Below, one piece after another: positions 1-9,705 of a stretch of DNA of 64,000 bases. Source of the stretch: an uncultured Gammaproteobacteria bacterium (GTDB lineage: Bacteria; Patescibacteriota; Patescibacteriia; Patescibacteriales; UBA12465); assembly GCA_964470695.1 (NCBI GenBank), contig CAYYDR010000001.1:139405-203404 (forward strand), written 5' to 3'. The translations under genes and the position numbers were made by a program. The stretch's first letter is position 1; each line of letters opens with the position of its first letter. The notes under the pieces were generated by a model. That model saw nothing but the letters and a program-made list of their open reading frames with translations, ran no database searches and had not been told where the DNA came from.

Positions 1-1602
1 CCTTTGATTAAGGCGGAGGCGCCTATTGTTGGTACTGGCGTTGAAGAGCGGGCCGCTCGTGATAGCGGACATGTGGTTATTGCCGGAGAAGATGGCATTA
101 TTACTAAAGCAGAAGCCGCGACCATTGAGCTCCAAGATAAAAAAGGCAATGTTATTACTTATAATTTAAATAAATTTTTGCGCTCTAATTCCTCTACTTG
201 TATTAACCAGCACCCGGTAGTTGAGGTCGGCCAGAAAGTTAAGAGAGGTGATATTTTATCTGATGGCCCGGCCATTGATAATGGGGAATTGTCTTTAGGA
301 AAAAACGTCTTAGTCGCTTTTATGACTTGGGACGGCTTTAACTATGAAGACGCGGTTATTATTTCTGAGCGCTTGGTCAAAGAAGACGTTTACTCTTCCA
401 TTCACATTGAAAATTATACTATTGATGTTCGTGATACTAAGTTAGGTCCGGAAGTTATTACTAATGACATTCCTAATATCAGTGAAGAAAAATTAAAGAA
501 TTTAGACGAAGATGGTATTATTCGTATCGGCGCGGAAGTTTCTTCAGGCGATATTTTAGTCGGTAAGATTACTCCTAAAGGTGAAACTACTTTGTCGGCG
601 GAAGAAAAATTGTTACGCGCTATTTTCGGCGAGAAAGCTAAAGACGTCCGCGACTCTTCTCTTTATTTAGAGCACGGCGAACATGGTAAAGTAGTTGATA
701 TTAAAATATTTTCTCGTGAAGAGGGTGATAAATTATCAGCCGGCGTTTTGAAATCAATTCAGGTCGCGGTTGCTAACCTACGTAAGATTCAGGTCGGCGA
801 TAAGATGTCCGGCCGCCATGGTAATAAAGGCGTTATTTCTCGCGTGGTTCCGATTGAAGATATGCCGTACATGGCTGATGGCACCCCGATTGATATTATT
901 TTGTCTCCGCTCGGTATTATTTCTCGTATGAACCTCGGCCAGTTACTAGAAACTCATTTAGGTTTCGCCGCTAAGAAATTAGGCTATCGGGTTGTGACTC
1001 CAGCTTTAAATGGTATTACGGAGCAACAGATTATCAGCGAGTTAAAAGCAGCCGGTCTGCCAGAAGATGGTAAAGTTGTCCTTTATGACGGCAAGACTGG
1101 AGATGCTTATGATCATAAGATTACCGTTGGTTATAAATATGTCCTTAAATTGAACCATATGGTGGAAGATAAAATCCACCAGCGCTCTATCGGCCCTTAT
1201 TCCTTGATTACTCAGCAGCCTTTAGGCGGTAAAGCCCAGTTCGGCGGACAGAGATTCGGAGAAATGGAAGTTTGGGCTTTGGAGGGTTATGGTGCTTCGC
1301 ACACTTTACAGGAAATGTTAACTATTAAGTCTGATGATGTTCCTGGTAGAAGTAAGGCCTATGAGTCTATTATTAAGGGCGAAGAGATTGAGAAGTTAAA
1401 TGTCCCGGAATCATTCAATGTTCTTATTAGAGAATTGAAAGGTTTGGGTCTTAATATTGAGTTGTTAAGCGGTAAAGACAGTCAGCCCGCCTCCGAGGTC
1501 ATGACCGAAATTGACGAGGAGATGAAGGTGGACGAAAAATTCGCTTATGATAAGCCGGAGATAATCGCTAGTTTAGATGAGGATAGCGTTAGCGAGAAGT
1601 AA
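1..1602 (+). CDS. rpoB: DNA-directed RNA polymerase subunit beta, C-terminal part (5' end lies upstream of the window)
   Basis: The frame is open to the window edge. Hallmark beta-subunit motifs [17 protein letters not shown] and [18 protein letters not shown] are present. rpoC follows immediately. Confidence 0.97.
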   Translation, partial: PLIKAEAPIVGTGVEERAARDSGHVVIAGEDGIITKAEAATIELQDKKGNVITYNLNKFLRSNSSTCINQHPVVEVGQKVKRGDILSDGPAIDNGELSLGKNVLVAFMTWDGFNYEDAVIISERLVKEDVYSSIHIENYTIDVRDTKLGPEVITNDIPNISEEKLKNLDEDGIIRIGAEVSSGDILVGKITPKGETTLSAEEKLLRAIFGEKAKDVRDSSLYLEHGEHGKVVDIKIFSREEGDKLSAGVLKSIQVAVANLRKIQVGDKMSGRHGNKGVISRVVPIEDMPYMADGTPIDIILSPLGIISRMNLGQLLETHLGFAAKKLGYRVVTPALNGITEQQIISELKAAGLPEDGKVVLYDGKTGDAYDHKITVGYKYVLKLNHMVEDKIHQRSIGPYSLITQQPLGGKAQFGGQRFGEMEVWALEGYGASHTLQEMLTIKSDDVPGRSKAYESIIKGEEIEKLNVPESFNVLIRELKGLGLNIELLSGKDSQPASEVMTEIDEEMKVDEKFAYDKPEIIASLDEDSVSEK

Positions 1603-1636
1603 GGCTTTATAATTTATCAAATTTAAATCATTACAT

Positions 1637-4600
1637 ATGTTAAATCCGATAAAAACTAGCGATTTTGACGCCATCCGCATCAAGCTGGCCAGTCCAGAAG
1701 AAATATTAAACTGGTCACATGGAGAAGTAACGCGTCCTGAAACCATCAATTATCGCACTCAGAAGCCGGAAAAAGACGGTTTGTTCTGCGAGAAAATTTT
1801 CGGGCCGACTAAGGACTGGGAATGCGCTTGCGGCAAGTATAAGAAAATCCGCTATAAAGGCATTGTCTGCGATAAATGCGGCGTGGAAGTAACGCGCAGT
1901 ATTGTTCGTCGCGAACGCTTAGGCAACATTAGTTTACAAGTGCCAGTTTCCCATATTTGGTTTTTAAGAGGCTTATCTTCTAAAATTGGCTTGTTATTAA
2001 ATTTAGGCATCCAGTCTTTGGAAAAAGTTATTTATTATGCCAGTTTTATTGTTATTGATGTTGATGATAATTTAAAGGAGGCAACTATTGAACAGGTTAA
2101 GGCGGAATACAAGTCTAAGATTAAGAGCATTGAAAATGACTATAACAATCAGGTTAAGAAATTAAAGGAGACGGCTGGTGCGGCTGACGAAAATCACCCA
2201 GAAGTTAAGGAATTAAACAAAGCCAAGGCCGAGCGCTTGGAACGTTTAGAGGAAGATTTTGGAACAGTCCAGAAAGAATTAAAAGAGCTTAAGCCTTTGC
2301 TTATTTTATCCGAACAGCAGTATCAGAATTTAAGCTTGAAGTTTGGTCATATTTTTGAGGCCTCTATCGGGGCGGAAGCGATTCGTAAATTATTAGCCAA
2401 GATTGATTTGGAAGCCAGTATTAAAAATTTAGAAGAAAAGCTGGCGGATGCCATTGACTCTAAAAAGGAGAAATTTGTTAAACGCTTAAAATTACTTAAG
2501 AGTTTCCGCAACAATAATATTCGTCCAGAATGGATGATTATGACCGTTCTGCCTATTGTGCCTCCGGATTTGCGTCCGATGGTTGCTCTTGATGGTGGTC
2601 GTTTTGCCGCCTCTGATTTAAACGATTTATATCGTCGTATTATTAATAGAAATAACCGCTTAAAGCAGCTGGTAGATTTGAATGCCCCGGAAGTTATCTG
2701 CCGTAATGAAAAAAGAATGTTGCAGGAAGCGGTTGATGCTTTAATTGACAATAGCGCCCGTCATACTAAGACTGTTACGGCTTCCACTGGGCAGAAACGT
2801 CAGCTTAAATCTTTAGCCGATACCCTAAAAGGTAAACAGGGTCGTTTCCGCCAAAATTTATTAGGTAAGCGGGTAGATTATTCAGGTCGTAGCGTTATCG
2901 TTGTAAATCCTCGTTTGAATCTTGATCAATGCGGTCTGCCTAAGACCATGGCCTTAGAATTATTTAAGCCATTTATTATTTCCCAATTGATTAAGAGGGA
3001 AATAGTTCATAATGTCCGCAGCGCTTCTCGTTATATTGAAGCCGGCCATGATGAAGTATGGGATATTTTAGAAGAAATTATTAAAGGAGCTTTTGTCTTA
3101 TTAAATCGCGCTCCTACTTTGCATCGTTTAGGCATCCAAGCTTTCCGCCCTATTTTAATTGAAGGTAAGGCTATTCAGATCCATCCTTTAGTTTGTACGG
3201 CTTTTAATGCTGACTTTGACGGTGACCAAATGGCTGTTCATGTCCCGCTTACTAAAGAGGCTAAATGGGAGGCGGAGCATTTAATGCTTTCTTCTCATAA
3301 CTTGCTTAAGCCGGCTACCGGCGATCCGATTGTGGCTCCCGCTCAGGATATCGTTTGGGGTACTTATTACATGACTCTGATTGAAAAAGATTTTAATGAA
3401 AAGAAAAATGAAGAGCTACATTATTTTTATAGCGAAGACGAGGCTTTATTAGCCTATGACATGTCAGGAATTGATTTGCACGAAGCGATTCGTGTCCGTT
3501 ATAATGGCGAATTAATTAAAACTACTGTCGGACGGTTGATTTTTAATTCCTTATTACCGGAGAAGCTCCGCTATTTAAATGAAGTAGTCGGTAAAGGGAA
3601 GCTAAAAGATTTAATTAGAGAGTGCTTGCGCATTTATGGTGAAGAAGAGACTGTTAAATTCATTGATAGCTTAAAGAATCGCAGTTTTGCCTTTATCACT
3701 CGTTCCGGCCTATCTTGGGGATTTGGTGATTTGCCTAGCTTGCCAGAAAAAGATTTATTAATTGAAGCGGCTAATCTTAAAGTAGAAGAAATTAAAGAAC
3801 AATATAATGAAGGTTTATTAACTGAGAGTGAACGCTACGCTAAGGTTATTGAAGAGTGGACTAACACTAAGGATAAAATTGCCGAAATTTGTAAGAAAGG
3901 TTTGGCTAATATTTTACCGGTTTATTCCATGATTGACTCCGGTGCCCGCGGTTCCTGGGCCCAGCCAGTTCAGATTTTAGGCATGAAAGGTTTGGTAACC
4001 TCGCCATCTGGTACTATTTTTGAATTACCAGTTAAAGGTAATTTCAAAGAAGGTTTCGGCGTTTTGGAATATTTTATTTCTACCCACGGCGTGCGCAAAG
4101 GTTTATCCGATACGGCCTTAAGAACAGCCAATGCCGGCTATTTAACCCGTCGTTTAGTAGACGTTTCTCAAGATGTTATTATTTCTGATGATGATTGCGG
4201 CGATACCGTTGGTTTGTCTTTAAATAAGGCGGAGAGCGAAAAGAATGGTGAAGATTTCTTTAAGCGCTTGACTGGCCGTTATCTAGCCAAAGATGTTGAA
4301 GATAAGAAAGGCAAGGCAATCTTATCAGCTGGTGATATTTTGGATGAAGAGCATATTAAACTTTTAAAGACTAAGGAAATTACTGAGGTCTGTGTTAGAT
4401 CAGTTTTGAGTTGTAAGATGCATAAAGGTATTTGTGCTAAGTGTTATGGCTGGGATTTGGCTTATAATAAGGCTGTTAAAATGGGCGCCACAGTTGGTAT
4501 TATTGCCGCTCAATCCATCGGTGAACCTGGCACTCAGTTAACGCTTCGTACCTTCCATGCCGGAGGTGTAGCCGGGCAGGATGATATTACTCAGGGTTTG

Positions 4601-5569
4601 CCGCGCGTTGAAGAAATTTTTGAAGCGCGTAGCCCTAAGAAAAAAGCCTTAATTTCTGATGTATCTGGACAAGTTAAGATTGAGTTTGCTCAGAAAATAA
4701 TCAAGGATAAAGACGGCAAGGAGATTATGGTTAATAACCCTCAGACCAAGATTCTCAGTATTAGATATAAGGGCAAAGATCATGACAAATATTATTTTTC
4801 AGAGAAGATTAATGAAATGAAGCTAGCTGGTGGCTTAACTACTAAGGATACTAAGAAATTGGAGAAGAAAATTTTAGTTAAGGAAGGCGATTTAGTTGAT
4901 AAGAACACTGACTTGTTTAAGATCGGCGCGGAGATTGTTAAGTCTAAATCCGCCGGGTTGGTTAGTGTTAGCGAAAAATATATTTCTGTCGCTAAAGATG
5001 TTGAAAAGGTTAAGGAATTCCCAATTATGAAGGGCACCATGGTTATGGTTAAAGATGGTGAGACCATTGAGCGGGGAACCCAATTAACTGAGGGCAGTCT
5101 TGATTTAAGAGAGCTTTATAAGTTAAAGGGCCGCCTAGAAACTCAGAAATATATTATTCAAGAAATTCAGTACGTTTATTCTTCTCAGGGCCAGCCGCTT
5201 AATGATAAACACGTGGAAATAATTGCTCGCCAAATGTTCTCTCGTTATTTGGTTAAAGAAGCTGGCGATGCTAATTTGCTGCCAGGCGAGACTATTGAAG
5301 AAGAAGTATTTGAGCAGTCTAATAAGGGCTTAAAGAAGCCGGCTAAAGGAGAACGCTTGTTAATGGGTATTACCAAAGCCTCCCTGACTACGGATAGCTT
5401 CTTATCAGCTGCTTCCTTCCAAGAAACTTCACGTGTCTTGATAGATGCGGCGGTTAATGGCAAAATTGATTATCTGGAGGGCCTGAAAGAAAATGTTATT
5501 ATCGGTTGTCTTATTCCGGCCGGAACCGGCTATAAGGGTAAGAAGAAGAGAACAGACTATACCCGTTAA
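1637..5569 (+). CDS. rpoC: DNA-directed RNA polymerase subunit beta'
   Basis: 1310 aa. It has the Zn-finger CxCGKY...CxxCGVEV, the catalytic NADFDGDQMAVHVP motif and the GLPRVEEIFEAR motif. It shows the conserved rpoB-rpoC synteny. Confidence 0.98.
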   Translation: MLNPIKTSDFDAIRIKLASPEEILNWSHGEVTRPETINYRTQKPEKDGLFCEKIFGPTKDWECACGKYKKIRYKGIVCDKCGVEVTRSIVRRERLGNISLQVPVSHIWFLRGLSSKIGLLLNLGIQSLEKVIYYASFIVIDVDDNLKEATIEQVKAEYKSKIKSIENDYNNQVKKLKETAGAADENHPEVKELNKAKAERLERLEEDFGTVQKELKELKPLLILSEQQYQNLSLKFGHIFEASIGAEAIRKLLAKIDLEASIKNLEEKLADAIDSKKEKFVKRLKLLKSFRNNNIRPEWMIMTVLPIVPPDLRPMVALDGGRFAASDLNDLYRRIINRNNRLKQLVDLNAPEVICRNEKRMLQEAVDALIDNSARHTKTVTASTGQKRQLKSLADTLKGKQGRFRQNLLGKRVDYSGRSVIVVNPRLNLDQCGLPKTMALELFKPFIISQLIKREIVHNVRSASRYIEAGHDEVWDILEEIIKGAFVLLNRAPTLHRLGIQAFRPILIEGKAIQIHPLVCTAFNADFDGDQMAVHVPLTKEAKWEAEHLMLSSHNLLKPATGDPIVAPAQDIVWGTYYMTLIEKDFNEKKNEELHYFYSEDEALLAYDMSGIDLHEAIRVRYNGELIKTTVGRLIFNSLLPEKLRYLNEVVGKGKLKDLIRECLRIYGEEETVKFIDSLKNRSFAFITRSGLSWGFGDLPSLPEKDLLIEAANLKVEEIKEQYNEGLLTESERYAKVIEEWTNTKDKIAEICKKGLANILPVYSMIDSGARGSWAQPVQILGMKGLVTSPSGTIFELPVKGNFKEGFGVLEYFISTHGVRKGLSDTALRTANAGYLTRRLVDVSQDVIISDDDCGDTVGLSLNKAESEKNGEDFFKRLTGRYLAKDVEDKKGKAILSAGDILDEEHIKLLKTKEITEVCVRSVLSCKMHKGICAKCYGWDLAYNKAVKMGATVGIIAAQSIGEPGTQLTLRTFHAGGVAGQDDITQGLPRVEEIFEARSPKKKALISDVSGQVKIEFAQKIIKDKDGKEIMVNNPQTKILSIRYKGKDHDKYYFSEKINEMKLAGGLTTKDTKKLEKKILVKEGDLVDKNTDLFKIGAEIVKSKSAGLVSVSEKYISVAKDVEKVKEFPIMKGTMVMVKDGETIERGTQLTEGSLDLRELYKLKGRLETQKYIIQEIQYVYSSQGQPLNDKHVEIIARQMFSRYLVKEAGDANLLPGETIEEEVFEQSNKGLKKPAKGERLLMGITKASLTTDSFLSAASFQETSRVLIDAAVNGKIDYLEGLKENVIIGCLIPAGTGYKGKKKRTDYTR

Positions 5570-5589
5570 AACTACTAGTAAATCATATA

Positions 5590-5629
5590 AAAAAGACCCC
5601 TTTCTATCAGACTGGGGTCTTTTTTTATT
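5590..5629 (+). terminator. Rho-independent terminator after rpoC
   Basis: Stem AGACCCC (5594-5600) pairs with GGGGTCT (5614-5620). A T-run follows (5621-5626) and an A-tract precedes the stem. Confidence 0.75.
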
Positions 5630-5658
5630 GTTAAAAATAGCGTAAAATATAAGCAGAT

Positions 5659-7158
5659 ATGTTTAAACCATTTTTGACAAAATGGCCATTTTTATTTAAA
5701 TTCCGCTTATTTTTAGCTAGTATTTTGCTGATTTTAGTAGGTGTTGTTTTATACTTTAAAATAGTTCCTTTTGGGCATATTTCCTATAGCCATAGCTGGC
5801 CAGCCGGCCTTAGATCCGGCCGAGGTTTTATTTATGATTTTAAACCGGGCGAGAGAATATCTATTGATGATTCTGGCTCTTTGAAAATGTCGGCTGATCC
5901 TATTTATTTTTCCTTGTTTACTCCACGCGCCTTTGACCAAGCTAAAATAACGATTAAATATCGCGATAGGCTTAGCTCAAGCACGCCGATTATAGAAATT
6001 GGAGTCTTGCGTGATAAAACTACAGGGCGTTATGAATTAAAGCCTTTGGATAATAAAATTTTGGATAGTTTATTAAATAATTGGCAAAAGTTAATTAATA
6101 ATGATGGCAGCTTAGTTCTTATGTCTGGCCAGGCTTATTATGATGTCCAAAAGTTTTGGTCTGATTTTTATTCAGGCCGCTTAGTTGGCTGTAATGGGCA
6201 AGTGGCTGATTGTGTGGCTACTTATAATTATAATTTAAATCAATTTTCCGCCACCAATTTAAGCGATTTCAGTGAACCAGTCCAGCCTCTGGTAATTACC
6301 CAGCCCTGGCGCGGTACCCATGACTTTTATGTTTATTTAAAGGGTGGAGCGTGGCGTTTTGATTTTAATTTCGTTGATTTAAACCAGGATAAGAGCGCTG
6401 ACCCCATCACCCTTCGCCTCTATTCAGGTAAAGATATTGTGGCGGAAAAAACTAGCTGGGATGATAACCCTTTTCCTACTAGTGGCCAAACTGAAGAGAA
6501 AGAATTATCTTTGCAAGGAGATTATTTAGACCCCGGCCTATATAAGGTCTCTATTGGCATTAGTGATGACATGGTAATTTCTAAAATAAGCAGCCCCTCT
6601 GATCGCTTGTCGTTCATTAATAAGATTTGGCCAGTTTCTGGGCCAGGCGGCTTATCTTTATTTACTGATATTAAAAATTTACAAGCTAAGACTTTTAATC
6701 CGGCCAGTTTAGGTGAGATAGATTTCGGTGGTCAGAAATTTTTATTGGATCAAGCTTATCAGCCGTTTATTTTTCAGTCGGCTCATGGCCCTAAAAATAT
6801 TAAACTTAAATCAAACGATATTGTCTTAGAGGGGAATGGCGTCTTTGCTTTATCGCGCCAGACTTTAGTAAATCCTAATTTGACTAGACTAGATCAGTAT
6901 TTCAAGCCGTTAGAACCCGTTAAATATATATTAACTAATTATCGGCCACCCCTAGTCGAAGCTGATATTAAGATAGCGGAGGTAGAATTTGAGCTGAAAA
7001 ATTCCCCTCGTTCTGAGGGTCGGTATAGTTTTATCCTGTCCGTGCCTGGCCTGCTTGATAAATCTGTGCCTAGTTCCTATATAGAGATAAAAGAAATTAG
7101 AGTAGAGTTAAATGGCAAGAGCCTTTGGCAAAAAATTAGTGAGGCGATATTAAGATAG
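5659..7158 (+). CDS. Hypothetical membrane-anchored protein (N-terminal TM, large extracytoplasmic domain)
   Basis: 499-aa ORF with a hydrophobic N-terminus (FRLFLASILLILVGVVLYF). I recognise no motif. It lies directly upstream of the GT2/GT-C glycosylation genes. Confidence 0.6.
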   Translation: MFKPFLTKWPFLFKFRLFLASILLILVGVVLYFKIVPFGHISYSHSWPAGLRSGRGFIYDFKPGERISIDDSGSLKMSADPIYFSLFTPRAFDQAKITIKYRDRLSSSTPIIEIGVLRDKTTGRYELKPLDNKILDSLLNNWQKLINNDGSLVLMSGQAYYDVQKFWSDFYSGRLVGCNGQVADCVATYNYNLNQFSATNLSDFSEPVQPLVITQPWRGTHDFYVYLKGGAWRFDFNFVDLNQDKSADPITLRLYSGKDIVAEKTSWDDNPFPTSGQTEEKELSLQGDYLDPGLYKVSIGISDDMVISKISSPSDRLSFINKIWPVSGPGGLSLFTDIKNLQAKTFNPASLGEIDFGGQKFLLDQAYQPFIFQSAHGPKNIKLKSNDIVLEGNGVFALSRQTLVNPNLTRLDQYFKPLEPVKYILTNYRPPLVEADIKIAEVEFELKNSPRSEGRYSFILSVPGLLDKSVPSSYIEIKEIRVELNGKSLWQKISEAILR

Positions 7159-7186
7159 TTAGGTTAGATAATTAAATCAAATAGTT

Positions 7187-7366
7187 ATGGTTAAAGTTAA
7201 GATAATAATTAGAGAATTTTTCTATTTTTTTACAGCCGCTTTTATTGGGGGGCTAGTGTTAGAGATTATTTCTCCTAATATTGTCTTAGCTTATTTTAAT
7301 TTAAATTGGTTTTTACTGTTAATTATAATTTTTGGCGGCTTATCCTTGTTTTATAATCAGGATTAG
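7187..7366 (+). CDS. Possible small (59 aa) two-TM membrane protein
   Basis: ATG at 7187, TAG at 7364-7366. The translation MVKVKIIIREFFYFFTAAFIGGLVLEII...NWFLLLIIIFGGLSLFYNQD has two hydrophobic segments. It fills an otherwise empty 220-bp gap and falls below the ORF-track length cut-off. Confidence 0.35.
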   Translation: MVKVKIIIREFFYFFTAAFIGGLVLEIISPNIVLAYFNLNWFLLLIIIFGGLSLFYNQD

Positions 7367-7380
7367 ACGGGCATAAACTT

Positions 7381-8094
7381 ATGTATAAAGGTAAAAAAAT
7401 TATTACTGTTTTGCCAGCCTATAATGCGGCCCAGACTTTAGAAAAGACGGTGCGAGATTTGCCGGATATTGTTGATGAAATAATATTAGTTGATGATGGC
7501 AGTCATGATGAAACCGTCGCCCTGGCTCGTCAGCTCGGCCTGTTTGTTTTTGCTCATGATAAAAATAGCGGTTATGGCGCTAACCAGAAAACTTGTTACC
7601 GGATTGCGCTTGATCATGGGGCCGATATTATAGCCATGATACACCCTGATTACCAGTATGATCCTAAATTAGTAAAATATTTTGCGGAATTTATTGTTGA
7701 TGATTATTTTGATGTCATGCTTGGAACGCGCATTCGCTCTCGGCGCGAAGCTTTGGCAGGCGGCATGCCAGTTTATAAGTATATTTCTAATCGGTTTTTA
7801 ACTATGTTAGAAAATTTAGTGAGTGGCTATAATCTTTCGGAGTGGCATACTGGTATGCGGGCTTATAAAAGAGAAGTTCTGGAAAAAATAAATTGGCAGG
7901 GCAATTCTGATGATTTTGTTTTTGATAGCCAGGTTCTGTTCCAGATTGTGGCTCATAAATATCGGATTGGGGAAATTCCTGTCCCAGTCCGTTATTTTAA
8001 AGAGGCTTCGTCAATAAATTTTTGGCGGAGCTGCCGTTACGGACTAGCCACCGTCGCTACGGCCGGTAAATATTTTCTGGGGCTTATTAAGTAA
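7381..8094 (+). CDS. Family-2 glycosyltransferase (polyprenol-phosphate sugar synthase / Dpm1-like)
   Basis: The N-terminal pattern ITVLPAYNAAQTLEKTV...VDDGSHDET is typical of GT2 (GT-A fold with DxD-type acidic motifs). The size (237 aa) is typical of Dpm1/GtrB-like enzymes. Confidence 0.8.
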   Translation: MYKGKKIITVLPAYNAAQTLEKTVRDLPDIVDEIILVDDGSHDETVALARQLGLFVFAHDKNSGYGANQKTCYRIALDHGADIIAMIHPDYQYDPKLVKYFAEFIVDDYFDVMLGTRIRSRREALAGGMPVYKYISNRFLTMLENLVSGYNLSEWHTGMRAYKREVLEKINWQGNSDDFVFDSQVLFQIVAHKYRIGEIPVPVRYFKEASSINFWRSCRYGLATVATAGKYFLGLIK

Positions 8095-8095
8095 T

Positions 8096-9673
8096 ATGTT
8101 TAAATTAATAAAAAATAATCAGTTTAGTTTCTTTTCATCCCCCCTTAGGCCTTATTTAATTTTGGTTATTTTAGGCTTGGCTCTTTACGCGAGGACGATA
8201 TTTTTTGATTTTAGTTATTTAGATGATAATGCTTTGATTTTAGAAAATTATCCGATTATTAGTAACATCAGTAATATCGGCCAGATTTTTTCTAGTGATG
8301 TTTTTTTCTCGCCCGATAAGTTCTATTATCGCCCCATGCTGAACATTTCTTTTTTGATAGATGCTGTCCTGGCTGGGCCGCTCCCCGTAATGTTTCATTT
8401 ATCTAATATTTTATTGCACATTTTAGCGTCTATTTTGGTTTTTCAGCTATTTAAAAAATTGGGTCAAAATAAGTATTTGGCCTTTTTATTTTCTTTGTTA
8501 TTTTTAGTCCATCCCGTTTTAACTCAAGCTGTAGCCTGGGTTCCTGGGCGCAATGATTCTTTACTGGCTATTTTTGTGTTGGGGGCTTTTTTATCGTTCC
8601 TGTCTTTTAAAGAAAAACCATTATTGCGTTATTATTTAGCCTATCTGATTTTTTTATTTGCAGCTCTTTTAACTAAAGAGACGGCGGTATTTTTGCCGGC
8701 CCTTCTGATATTCTATTGGTTATTTTTAGAATCTAAAAAAATATCCGTTAGCGATAAGTGGCTGCTTGTAATTGGCTCTGGCGCAATAGGATTTTTTTGG
8801 TTTTTGATGCGGCGTCTAGCTCTAGGCGGAGAATTAACTAATTACGGAAGTGCTCTTTTAGGGGTGGCTGGTAATTCTCCCGCCTTGTTAGTTTATATCG
8901 GAAAAATACTATTTCCTTTTAATTTAAAAACATTTCCTATTTTAGAAGATTCCTCCCTAGTGCCCGGTGTTATAGCAGTTATTATTTTATCGGTTCTTCT
9001 ATTCCTGTCGCGCCAAAAACGCTGGCCATATGTTGTCTTCGGAGCCGCCTGGTTTTTATTATTTCTTTTACCTGCCTTTATTCGTCCTACTGGTTTGCCA
9101 GATTTTTTAGAGCATCGTTTATATCTTTCCTTTATTGGTTTTTTGATTTTAGTGGCGGAAATAGATTGGGTAAAGAATTTAAATTGGCAGTCCAGGCGTA
9201 TTTTAGCGCTGGCGGGGTTATTTTTGATGTTTTTAGCGGCTTTATCTTTTTGGCACAGCGGCGCCTTTGCTAGCCGTTTAAGTTTTTGGCAGTCGGCCGC
9301 AATTGGTTCGCCCCACTCCCCCTTAGCTCAGAAAAATTTAGGCACGATGTATTATTTAGATGGCGCTAATGACAAGGCCGAAGAATATTATCAGCGGGCT
9401 CTATCTTTAAATAGCCGAGAGGCAATGGTTCATAATAATTTAGGGGTAATTTATCTTAATCGGGGGCAGTATGACCAGGCCAGACAGGAATTTGCCCAAG
9501 AGTTGCAGGTAAATCCTAATTACGATAAGGCTTTGTTTAATTTAGGCGACTTAGCTTATCGCGAAAAGAAGTGGTCAGAGGCCTTCAATTATTGGTCATC
9601 AGCTTTACGGGTTAACCCTCGTTACTCCGAAGCTTATGATCATTTGCTTATTCTAGAAAAGAAGCTAAGATAA
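8096..9673 (+). CDS. GT-C type (PMT/TMTC-like) polytopic membrane glycosyltransferase with C-terminal TPR repeats
   Basis: About 10 hydrophobic segments over the first ~400 aa. The C-terminus has clear TPR units (AEEYYQRALSLNSREAMVHNNLGVIYLNRGQYDQARQEFAQELQVNPNYDKALFNLG...). It starts 1 nt after the GT2 gene. Confidence 0.6.
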   Translation: MFKLIKNNQFSFFSSPLRPYLILVILGLALYARTIFFDFSYLDDNALILENYPIISNISNIGQIFSSDVFFSPDKFYYRPMLNISFLIDAVLAGPLPVMFHLSNILLHILASILVFQLFKKLGQNKYLAFLFSLLFLVHPVLTQAVAWVPGRNDSLLAIFVLGAFLSFLSFKEKPLLRYYLAYLIFLFAALLTKETAVFLPALLIFYWLFLESKKISVSDKWLLVIGSGAIGFFWFLMRRLALGGELTNYGSALLGVAGNSPALLVYIGKILFPFNLKTFPILEDSSLVPGVIAVIILSVLLFLSRQKRWPYVVFGAAWFLLFLLPAFIRPTGLPDFLEHRLYLSFIGFLILVAEIDWVKNLNWQSRRILALAGLFLMFLAALSFWHSGAFASRLSFWQSAAIGSPHSPLAQKNLGTMYYLDGANDKAEEYYQRALSLNSREAMVHNNLGVIYLNRGQYDQARQEFAQELQVNPNYDKALFNLGDLAYREKKWSEAFNYWSSALRVNPRYSEAYDHLLILEKKLR

Positions 9674-9705
9674 ATAAGTTAGTTATAGCGCTATAAAGAT
9701 AGTTT

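Noticed and set aside
2347-5463. Antisense ORFs inside rpoC (2347-2751, 4792-5067, 4892-5083, 5245-5463)
   Set aside because: They lie entirely within, and antisense to, a certain rpoC reading frame. Their translations are low-complexity, Ser/Leu/Ile-rich and motif-free. They are typical shadow ORFs.
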